DNA of 33,691 bases, from NCBI GenBank assembly GCA_964010765.1, contig CAXGMD010000034.1:1-33691 (forward strand). The letters are read 5' to 3'. The DNA is from an uncultured bacterium. GTDB taxonomy: Bacteria; SAR324; NAC60-12. The position numbers were made by a program, and so were the translations under genes. Positions 1-7,765 of the stretch are shown here, one piece after another. The notes beneath the pieces were generated by a model that did no database searches, was not told the origin of the DNA, and saw only the letters and a list, made by a program, of their open reading frames with translations. Positions within the stretch are counted from its first letter, which is position 1. Each line of letters begins with the position of its first letter.

Positions 1-51
1 CAGGGTTTGTCTATACCGTTCTGCTTCAGCTACTGCGAGCATCTGACTTTG

Positions 52-549
52 TCAGAATGGTACGTCGTCTTCAACATAAGGAGCGTTATTTCCTTGGTTG
101 AAGTCATTGTTTGAAGAGCTGGATGATGGATTGCGACGGTTGTCCGAAGGTCCTCCACTGGGATATTCATTACCGTAAACAGCGGGCCCATCGTCAACGC
201 TTCCCCCACTCCGTTCTGTCCCTTCTCGAGAATCTAAGAAGCGCACTTGATTGGCAACAATCTCTGTTCGGTATTTTTTTTGACCCTGCTGATCGTCCCA
301 ACTACGTGTCTGCAATTTACCCTCAATATACACCATCGAACCTTTTTTCAGATAGGACTGTGCTTGATCAGCTAGGCGATCCCAGGCCACGATATCGTGC
401 CATTCGGTTTTTTCCTGTCGTTGCCCCTGTTTGTCTCTCCAGTATTCAGAAGTTGCGATAGAAAATGAGGCGACAGCGTTGCCAGATTGAGTATATCGGA
501 TCTCCGGGTCACGACCCAGCCTGCCGATCAGCATAACTTTATTGAGCAT
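52..549 (-). CDS. ssb: Single-stranded DNA-binding protein
   Basis: [19 protein letters not shown]...EKTEWH OB fold; acidic C-terminal tail DDVPF. Confidence 0.98.
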   Translation of the reverse strand: MLNKVMLIGRLGRDPEIRYTQSGNAVASFSIATSEYWRDKQGQRQEKTEWHDIVAWDRLADQAQSYLKKGSMVYIEGKLQTRSWDDQQGQKKYRTEIVANQVRFLDSREGTERSGGSVDDGPAVYGNEYPSGGPSDNRRNPSSSSSNNDFNQGNNAPYVEDDVPF

Positions 550-562
550 ACGTTCTCCTTAT

Positions 563-1177
563 TTAGCGTTTTGACAGCAATCCCAAAGCGAGTCTGAGCT
601 TGATTTCAAAGCCTTCTGCTTCTGGAGGAAGGCTTGCTAGCACGGTCAGAATCTCTTTTTCTGCAAAACCCATGTTTTTTAGGGCAGATTGTAGAGAGGC
701 TGTTTCACCCGATGGTATGACGGATGATGTTGCCTTGCCAGTAATCAAGGCAGATTCCAGTCCTTGGATGGGAGATTTGCTGAAGCTGTCTTTCAACTCC
801 AGGCAAAGCCGAGCCGCAGTTTTTTTGCCGATGCCTGGAACTTGACTGAGGGTGTTGACGTCTTCACGCAGGATGGCTTGAACAAGATTTCGTGGTTCAA
901 GTACAGAAACAATGGTCAGCGCCAGTTTTGGGCCGACTCCAGATGCCTTGAGGAGACGTTCGAACAATTGTCTTTCGGCTGTTGTCTCGAACCCATATAG
1001 GCTGATTTCATCCTCGCGCACACTGGTGTGAATGTGTAAGCTGAGTACTTCACCGACAGAGTGTCTGTTACCAAGCTCTTGGGGTACCTGCACGAGGTAC
1101 CCTACTCCACCACTAGTTTGTAGGACTAAGCGCTGTTCTTCTACAAGCGAGACATCCCCACTTAGATAAGCGATCAT
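563..1177 (-). CDS. ruvA: Holliday junction branch migration protein RuvA
   Basis: MIAYLSG, GVGY, VREDEISLYGF, HhH motifs SGVGPKLA and PGIGKKTA, C-terminal ALKNMGF. Confidence 0.97.
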   Translation of the reverse strand: MIAYLSGDVSLVEEQRLVLQTSGGVGYLVQVPQELGNRHSVGEVLSLHIHTSVREDEISLYGFETTAERQLFERLLKASGVGPKLALTIVSVLEPRNLVQAILREDVNTLSQVPGIGKKTAARLCLELKDSFSKSPIQGLESALITGKATSSVIPSGETASLQSALKNMGFAEKEILTVLASLPPEAEGFEIKLRLALGLLSKR

Positions 1178-1881
1178 TGTATGATCAAAGGCTTAGCGCG
1201 TTCCCCAAATAGAGCGGTGCCCAGTCGAATCATTGTTGCCCCTTCTGCAATGGCGATTCGGTAATCAGAGGACATCCCCATCGAAAGTTCCGTGAAAGTA
1301 GTCAGATTAAATTCATTGCGGAGCTTTTCAAGCCAAGTACGAAGTTGTGCGAAAGTTCTACGGATTTCGTTTGCGTCATCTGTGGCTGCAGCCATAGTCA
1401 TCAAACCTCTACAGCTCAGCCACTGACAATCCTGTGCCTTCTCTAATAACCTGCACAAATTATCGTAGTCACTGACTCCACTTTTGCTGTCTTCTTGCGA
1501 TAGATTGGCCTGTAGTAGAATTTGTATGGATTGTCTTTGCAGAGCACACTGCTTTTCGAGTAATTCCAATAATTCTTGGGAATCAACCGAATGAATCCAG
1601 TCGAAGCGCCCCGGGCAGAAGCGAGCCTTATTTTTTTGCAAATGCCCGATCAAGTGCCATTCGATACCTGGCTTCTGTAGTCTTTCAATTTTTTCTGAGG
1701 CTTCCTGAACCCGATTTTCACCGAAGCGCACCTGTCCAGCTTGGAAAGCTTCTGCGATTAGTTCACTAGGATGAGTCTTCGAGACGGCAATCAACTTGAT
1801 TTCTTCTGGAGAGCGACCAGCCTCTGTTGCCAATTCAGCTAGTTCAGCACTCAGTTCGGTTAGACGCTCTTTCAGACTCAT
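1174..1881 (-). CDS. yggS: PLP homeostasis protein, YggS family
   Basis: LIAVSK (PLP lysine), FGENRVQE, WHLIGHLQKNK, LSMGMSSD, GATMIRLG. Confidence 0.97.
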   Translation of the reverse strand: MSLKERLTELSAELAELATEAGRSPEEIKLIAVSKTHPSELIAEAFQAGQVRFGENRVQEASEKIERLQKPGIEWHLIGHLQKNKARFCPGRFDWIHSVDSQELLELLEKQCALQRQSIQILLQANLSQEDSKSGVSDYDNLCRLLEKAQDCQWLSCRGLMTMAAATDDANEIRRTFAQLRTWLEKLRNEFNLTTFTELSMGMSSDYRIAIAEGATMIRLGTALFGERAKPLIIQ

Positions 1882-2519
1882 TGATTTGTACTACCCTGCA
1901 ACTGTTCATCCCATAGTCCAACTTTTTTGTTCCGGGCCATTGCTTCGGCAGCCAAGAATTGCTGTTCATCAGGATTGGCGCCTTCCGTTAGCAAATAGAA
2001 GGACCAGCCGTTTTGCACCATCCAGAGATTAACGTTTGTGTCGCCAGATAAAACAATGCCGTTGAGCCGATAAAGTTCTTCTTGAAGCTCATACTCAACT
2101 CTGACGGATCGACCACTGAAGGACTTACCCAACTCAAAAGCTACTTTTTTCTGGAACCATTCGTTGTATTCTTTGCCTCGGTTAATCGACAGCTTAGGAG
2201 ACACATACTTTAGGTAGACTCGAATTTCCTGTCGACTTAGGTTGAGGCTACTTTTCGAGAGTTGATAAGTCCATTTTCGGAACTCACCACGATCGTCGAT
2301 TCTTAGCCAAATACTCTCAGAATCTGCTACACGAGATATGACACCACTAACTATCTGACGCTGTGGAGCGTTCGTTGTTACACTATTTGTCTTATTCTTG
2401 TTCTTGGCTCCTTCGAATAGCTGGCTACGGATGCGCTCCGTATCAAGTAGAGAAGACTGGGCAAATGGCAGTGCTGGAAGCCAACAAATCAGAAACAGGA
2501 GCAAAATGAGGTGCTTCAT
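1878..2519 (-). CDS. Secreted thermonuclease (SNase)-fold protein with a degenerate active site
   Basis: Start moved to ATG 2519 (MKHLILLLF..., signal peptide). C-terminus NVNLWMVQNGW...AAEAMARNKKVGLW is typical of the SNase family. Confidence 0.7.
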   Translation of the reverse strand: MKHLILLLFLICWLPALPFAQSSLLDTERIRSQLFEGAKNKNKTNSVTTNAPQRQIVSGVISRVADSESIWLRIDDRGEFRKWTYQLSKSSLNLSRQEIRVYLKYVSPKLSINRGKEYNEWFQKKVAFELGKSFSGRSVRVEYELQEELYRLNGIVLSGDTNVNLWMVQNGWSFYLLTEGANPDEQQFLAAEAMARNKKVGLWDEQLQGSTNQ

Positions 2520-2549
2520 TGGGTTTCTGGTGAAAATGGGTGGATTATT

Positions 2550-2572
2550 TGATTCCTGATGATCAGGAATCA
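2550..2572. promoter_or_regulatory. Perfect 11-1-11 palindrome in a divergent intergenic region (candidate operator)
   Basis: TGATTCCTGAT-G-ATCAGGAATCA. Confidence 0.45.
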
Positions 2573-2655
2573 GCCTGCAAAAAAGTTGCATCTCTGCAGG
2601 AGTCTTCGTAGATTGGGCTTCTTGTTCCGTTCTGTCAACCACAACCATTCCCTCC

Positions 2656-5175
2656 ATGCATAACGGTCGTAGCCGGTTACTTCGCTTATGTTTGGTTTGG
2701 CTGCTTTGTTGGGGATTTACTCATTCCCTGCAGGCCCAGCCAGCTGATCTGCGTGTTGAGGCCCGCTCCTACATCTTTGATCCTGAAACAGAAATCTATC
2801 GCTATGAAGATGCCCGCTTCGAATGGGGTACTATCGCACTTGAAGGTCAGAAAGTCGAGTTCTTGCGCAAGGAAAACCTGATCGTTGCGCAAGGGTTTGT
2901 TCGACTGCGAGAAGGTTCGATTACGTTGATTGCTGAAGGATTGGAAATCAACTTAGATGACAACTCCGGTGTTTTTCGGGAAGTCTTCTTCTTCGATGCA
3001 AAAACTGAGGCTTACATAACAGCACGTGAGGTACGTCGTGTTCCAGAAGGACACTTCATCGGATATGACTGTACGTTCACAACTTGTAACCCTGAACAGC
3101 CTGCCTGGGAAATTCGTGGTAGTACGGTGCACTACTATCCAGAGAATTATTCTTCAGCTATTTCAACGAGTCTGCGAGTTCGGGGTGTCCCGATCTTTTA
3201 CTTCCCCTATCTGGCTTGGCCCACAGTCACACGAAGGCAAACGGGTCTACTACCACCGGAGTATGCTCTACAAACCTCGAGCATTGAAAAGTTCAATCTA
3301 GGCTATCGTCTCTCCCTTCCATACTTTTGGGCGATTGAACGAGAGCAAGATCTCACGATCCGTACTGAGTGGGTACAGTTCCGAGGGTTGGGTCTGGGGT
3401 TGGATTATCAGTATGCTTTCAGCGAGAATTTGCGAGGTGAGGTCAAGTTTTTACGCTATTTCGAACGTGATCCTCGGGATCCACAAACAGAGTCTGGCCA
3501 GCTTGCACCAGAAGATGTGAATCCGAATACCTTGCGCCCAGAGCGCTACAAGTTGATTCTCAATCACAACCAACAGCTAGACGAGCGAAGCCGGCTGATT
3601 GTTTCTGGTCTAGTTTACAGTGATAGTCAGTTTCAGCGAGAATATGAGGGAGTTCGTAACCCTGAACCAAATTATGCACAGAGTTTTACCGGATCTGTCA
3701 ACTATCAGTACGATTCCGGGAGCGTTACGCTGTCCGCATCTCAGGAGAAAGTCTTCCAAGAAATTGCCTTGCTGAACTGGGCAACCGACCCTACCCGGAT
3801 TCAACGTCTCCCAGCACTCAGTTTCCAATTTAGTGAACAACCCTTCCGAACAGTGGATCTGACAATGTCGGCTGCGGGATCACTCGTCCGCTACTTCCGT
3901 GAAGAAGGCTATAATGGGACTGGATTGGTGGTTAATCCAACACTGCGTTACCGACGAAATATTTTCCAGTATTTCAAAGGCATCTTGGGGCTTGGTCATT
4001 CAATATCTACTTACGACGTTTGGTCTCCCAGTGCATCTGACCCCTCTGATCAGTATACTTTCCAGATTTGGACAGCTGATGTGGAATTCAATACTACGTT
4101 GTCAAGGATCTGGGCATCAGAGAGTGATCTCTACAGTCGCTTTAAGCATCTGATGACTCCCAGAATTCGTTATGACTACATTGAGGACGTACCCCAGAAT
4201 TCTATTTCTGGTGTGCCGTTCGGAGGTGGCATTGCTACGCGTCGCCTACTTGAACTGCGATTAGATAACATTTTGCTGGCCAAGCGTCGCCAATATGAAC
4301 CATCGCAGCGTTTCACAAGACGTTCTTTCTTGCGTCTACAGGAACAAGGATTTCCGGAAACTCTGTTGTTGCGTTTGCAGAGCCTTCAAGACCGTGAATT
4401 TGCTAGTCGTAGTAAGTTGCAGGAAGTGTTGGAATCCATGTTTGGTGAGGCACTCGATGAGGAAAATTTGCTGCAAATTCTTGCAGTGGTAGAGAGTGGC
4501 GTGGCTCTTCTTGCTGAGGATCAATCAGAGGAAAATTTGCGAATTGGCGAAAGTTTGGTGCTGGCCCGTTTGAATTTGATTCAACCATATGACTACCTGC
4601 GTGTGGAGGAAGACTACCAGTTTCAAGGTCCGACTCCAAAAGGCGATGAGACAGAACCAGGGGAACCATTATTACCCTTGAGAATTGAACTATCGCTGCA
4701 GCCTGGATCAGGTTTGGCGCTAAACTTTCGTAATCGGTACAACCACCAGCAGCAACGAACAGTTGAATACTCACTATCAGTAGACGTAAATGTTAGTCAG
4801 TATAGTAAAGCATCTGTTGCCTTCAGAGAAAACGAGAGCACTTACACTACACCGTATGGTCAAACTTTCGAAGCGGCCTCCAGCTTCAGTTTCAGCAATA
4901 CCCACCAGGCTAGCGATGAGCTATCCTTCGGCTTTTCGGGAACAGTTGATCTTAATCCTGCCAGTACTGCATTTCGTCGTCGATTGGTTTCCGATACGGT
5001 TTTTCTAAGTTATCGTCCAGATTGTTGGACATTCAACCTAAGACTGGAGGAGCGAGTTGACAAAACTACAACAAGTGGAGGACAAGAGACGGAATACGTT
5101 GATCGAACAATCTTTGCCAGCGTGATTCTGGGAGGGGTCTTGTTGCCGGAACAAACGTTGCCAAGAGCCTTCTGA
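2656..5175 (+). CDS. lptD: LPS-assembly protein LptD
   Basis: Signal peptide, OstA-like N domain, FTTC...PAW, GVPIFYFPY, RQTGLLPP, LPYFWAI, KHLMTPRIRY, C-terminal DCW. Confidence 0.92.
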   Translation: MHNGRSRLLRLCLVWLLCWGFTHSLQAQPADLRVEARSYIFDPETEIYRYEDARFEWGTIALEGQKVEFLRKENLIVAQGFVRLREGSITLIAEGLEINLDDNSGVFREVFFFDAKTEAYITAREVRRVPEGHFIGYDCTFTTCNPEQPAWEIRGSTVHYYPENYSSAISTSLRVRGVPIFYFPYLAWPTVTRRQTGLLPPEYALQTSSIEKFNLGYRLSLPYFWAIEREQDLTIRTEWVQFRGLGLGLDYQYAFSENLRGEVKFLRYFERDPRDPQTESGQLAPEDVNPNTLRPERYKLILNHNQQLDERSRLIVSGLVYSDSQFQREYEGVRNPEPNYAQSFTGSVNYQYDSGSVTLSASQEKVFQEIALLNWATDPTRIQRLPALSFQFSEQPFRTVDLTMSAAGSLVRYFREEGYNGTGLVVNPTLRYRRNIFQYFKGILGLGHSISTYDVWSPSASDPSDQYTFQIWTADVEFNTTLSRIWASESDLYSRFKHLMTPRIRYDYIEDVPQNSISGVPFGGGIATRRLLELRLDNILLAKRRQYEPSQRFTRRSFLRLQEQGFPETLLLRLQSLQDREFASRSKLQEVLESMFGEALDEENLLQILAVVESGVALLAEDQSEENLRIGESLVLARLNLIQPYDYLRVEEDYQFQGPTPKGDETEPGEPLLPLRIELSLQPGSGLALNFRNRYNHQQQRTVEYSLSVDVNVSQYSKASVAFRENESTYTTPYGQTFEAASSFSFSNTHQASDELSFGFSGTVDLNPASTAFRRRLVSDTVFLSYRPDCWTFNLRLEERVDKTTTSGGQETEYVDRTIFASVILGGVLLPEQTLPRAF

Positions 5176-5864
5176 TGTCACGATGCGCTTTGTGCTTATT
5201 GCTGCTCGGAGGATTGTTGCCAACTCTCACTTTGGGTCAGGTAGATCCTGAAGATTATCCAGAGATGCTGGAGCGGAGTTCGGAGACTCGTACGTTGTCA
5301 CCAGAACCAGAAATGTTTTCAGAATCCTACAGGACCCGTGGTCGAGGTGTCAGCTTTGGAGTGGGATTCCGTCGATTAGATTTTACCCTCAATGACGGAC
5401 AGACGAGAACTTTTGGTGATAGTACGGCAAATGGTATTGGTTTCCATATTAGCTATGTGGAACCTGAGAGAGCCCTTGAATATGAGCGACAGATCAGCCC
5501 AGTCGCTATTTCAAAAGAGATTCAGTACCAAGGAAAAAACTACAACTCACTAGAAGTTATCCAAAATAACGTCTGGTATTGGTGGGCGACTCCGCTTTCA
5601 TCACGATGGTGGAGTCACTACGGAAGTGGTTTCCAATTTGCCCAGATTCGTCCAATTGCTGAGGACCAAACCAAAACCTATGTAGATGAAAGTTCACTTG
5701 TTTTTGGAGGTGGTCTGGGCTGGTTTGCAGTGCCCAGTTTGCTGCTGAGCTATCGATTTACACTAAGCTTCCACCTGTCAACGATGGGCATCTCTGAACA
5801 TGATCCGATTTTACCCAGAAGTCAGGTGCATACGATTTACTTTGACTACTTCTATGCGTTGTAG
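5175..5864 (+). CDS. Hypothetical secreted protein, probable small outer-membrane beta-barrel
   Basis: Signal peptide, amphipathic Gly/aromatic strands (GVSFGVGF, LVFGGGLGWF), aromatic C-terminus YFDYFYAL; TGATG overlap with lptD. Confidence 0.6.
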   Translation: MSRCALCLLLLGGLLPTLTLGQVDPEDYPEMLERSSETRTLSPEPEMFSESYRTRGRGVSFGVGFRRLDFTLNDGQTRTFGDSTANGIGFHISYVEPERALEYERQISPVAISKEIQYQGKNYNSLEVIQNNVWYWWATPLSSRWWSHYGSGFQFAQIRPIAEDQTKTYVDESSLVFGGGLGWFAVPSLLLSYRFTLSFHLSTMGISEHDPILPRSQVHTIYFDYFYAL

Positions 5865-5953
5865 CTTCTGGCTTGCCTTCGTGATGGGTTGTCCTAGAAT
5901 CTGGCAACTTCAACACACAACACTATTTAGATCAACTTGAGATCGGCTTTTAC

Positions 5954-7534
5954 ATGACTTCCACCTTTCCTCTACTCTCTCTTTTGGTGTTTTCGCCGTT
6001 ATTGGGTGTGCTCTTAGTATTGACCTTTCGGGATGCGCACCAGGGACGTGCAGCGCAGTGGGGAGCCGTAACCAGTAGTTTGGTGACAGCAATCCTTAGT
6101 TTGTTTGTTTGGACAGCTTTTCAGGAAGGAACTGCGGGATTACAACTAGTCGAGCGTTTCACTTGGATTGGTTCATTTGGCATTGATTATTTTCTTGGGC
6201 TGGATGGTCTGAATCTTTTTTTCTTAGTGGCAACAGCCTGGTTACAGCCCCTGATTTTACTGGCCTCCTGGAATATGCAGGAACGAGCTTGGCAGTTCAA
6301 TCTCCATCTGCTTTTGCTACAGTGTGGTGTGTTGGGATGCTTTGTAGCACTAGACGTAATCCTGTTCTATGTGTTCTTTGAGTTGATGCTGATACCTTTA
6401 TATTTCCTGATTGGTGGTTGGGGGCGCACTCAGAGCTTGGTCGCTGCAAATCGTTTCTTCATTTATACGGTTTGGGGTTCACTACTGATGCTCGTGTCCC
6501 TGATTTACACAGCGGTATTATTTTATCAGTCTGCAGGATATTGGTCATTTCAGATCACAGATTGGTACCAGTTGGAGATTCCAGTAGCTACTCAAGTTTG
6601 GCTATTCCTAGGCATGTTCCTGGCCTTCGCAATTAAGATCCCTCTATTTCCTTTTCACGGTTGGCTTCCTTCCTTCCATGAACAAGCTCCAACAATTGGT
6701 TCTGTCGAGATGGCTGCCATCATGATGAAACTGGGACCATATGGTTTCCTCCGCTTTGCATTGCCAACGTATCCAGAAGCGGTGGCTTTATTGAGTGATT
6801 ACCTGATGGTGCTATCACTCGTTTGCATCCTCTATGGTGGCCTAGTTGCGATTGTACAGACAAATCTGAAGCGCTTGATGGCCTATTCTTCCATTTCACA
6901 TATGGGTTATATTCTGCTTGGGGTGTTTGCTCTAAATCAGCAGGGGATGACAGGTGGATTGATGCAGATGGTCAACTACGCAATCGTAACCAGTGCACTT
7001 TTTCTTTGTCTTGGAATGCTGCTCCATAAGAGCGAAAGCCAAGAAATTGGAAGTTTCGGTGGGCTCCTCAAGACGATGCCAATCTTCAGTGGATTTTTCA
7101 TTCTCTTCAGCATGGGGTCAATAGGTCTGCCCGGACTCAACAGCTTCATTGGTGAGGTCTTGACAATGATTGGCGCAGCAAAGGTTAATCTCTGGTTTGG
7201 GGTGTTTGCAGCTGTTGGCGTCTTGATTGCCGCCATTTACATGCTCTGGATGGTCCAACGTGTTCTTTTTGGTCCAGCTACCAAGTCTCATCGTTCTGAT
7301 CTGGGTTTGCGTGAAATTGTTGTGTTGAGCCCACTGGCATTTCTAGCTGTTTTGTTGGGAGTATACCCCCAACTGTTCTTCGACAAGGTAGAGCCAACGG
7401 TGTCCTTTTATGCCCAGCAGATTCAGGTTCAACCAACCTTACAGACTGTAGGTATTCCGGAAAAAGCACTTGAAAACGCAGAGCATCTTCCGTATTTTGC
7501 TGGATCTCAGAGCATACACTCTGCGGAAAGGTGA
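5954..7534 (+). CDS. nuoM: NADH-quinone oxidoreductase subunit M (stand-alone)
   Basis: YFLGLDGL, FYVFFELMLIP, FAIKIPLFPFHGWLP, KLGPYG, AYSSISHMG, GLPGLNSFIGE. Confidence 0.9.
   Translation: MTSTFPLLSLLVFSPLLGVLLVLTFRDAHQGRAAQWGAVTSSLVTAILSLFVWTAFQEGTAGLQLVERFTWIGSFGIDYFLGLDGLNLFFLVATAWLQPLILLASWNMQERAWQFNLHLLLLQCGVLGCFVALDVILFYVFFELMLIPLYFLIGGWGRTQSLVAANRFFIYTVWGSLLMLVSLIYTAVLFYQSAGYWSFQITDWYQLEIPVATQVWLFLGMFLAFAIKIPLFPFHGWLPSFHEQAPTIGSVEMAAIMMKLGPYGFLRFALPTYPEAVALLSDYLMVLSLVCILYGGLVAIVQTNLKRLMAYSSISHMGYILLGVFALNQQGMTGGLMQMVNYAIVTSALFLCLGMLLHKSESQEIGSFGGLLKTMPIFSGFFILFSMGSIGLPGLNSFIGEVLTMIGAAKVNLWFGVFAAVGVLIAAIYMLWMVQRVLFGPATKSHRSDLGLREIVVLSPLAFLAVLLGVYPQLFFDKVEPTVSFYAQQIQVQPTLQTVGIPEKALENAEHLPYFAGSQSIHSAER
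7470..7498 (+). promoter_or_regulatory. Candidate sigma70 promoter for tRNA-Ser/SRP RNA, inside the nuoM 3' end
   Basis: TTGAAA (7470-7475), 17-nt spacer, TATTTT (7493-7498), 26 nt before the tRNA. Confidence 0.55.
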
Positions 7535-7614
7535 CCGAGTGGCCGAAGGTGCACGACTGGAAATCGTGTGTGCGTGAAAGCGTACCGAGGGTTCGAATCC
7601 CTCCCTTTCCGCCA
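7525..7614 (+). tRNA. tRNA-Ser (GGA)
   Basis: Acceptor stem GGAAAGG/CCTTTCC, anticodon arm CACGA-CTGGAAA-TCGTG, long variable arm, T arm GAGGG-TTCGAAT-CCCTC, discriminator G and encoded CCA. Confidence 0.98.
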
Positions 7615-7652
7615 GCTATGCCCCTCCTGTTTCCTTGTGGGAAGCTGCAAAT

Positions 7653-7744
7653 GGTTGGGTTTTGCGCAATCGAAAGTTTCGAACCGTGTCAGGTCTTAAC
7701 GGAAGCAGCACTAAGATCCTGTAGATGTGCCGCAAAACTCAGCC
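7653..7744 (+). ncRNA. ffs: Small bacterial SRP RNA (4.5S)
   Basis: Domain IV motif GTGTCAGG-TCT-TAAC-GGA-AGCAGCAC; terminal helix GGTTGGGTTTTGCG/CGCAAAACTCAGCC; typical position between tRNA-Ser and dnaX. Ends approximate. Confidence 0.93.
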
Positions 7745-7765
7745 TCTCCAATCCCCCCTACTAGC

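Noticed and set aside
274..281. A8 run (minus strand) in ssb as a slippage site
   Set aside because: Encodes an ordinary Q-K-K inside the OB fold; a shift would destroy the protein and I know no precedent
2520..2657. N-terminal extension of ORF 1878..2657
   Set aside because: The signal peptide begins at ATG 2519; the extension spans the divergent promoter region and touches the lptD start
7590..7614. tRNA-Ser 3' end as an island attachment site
   Set aside because: No duplicate of the 3' end or integrase seen; ffs-dnaX follows directly
7531..7764. 77-aa ORF and the GTG-extended dnaX start at 7727
   Set aside because: Both overlap the tRNA-Ser and/or SRP RNA genes
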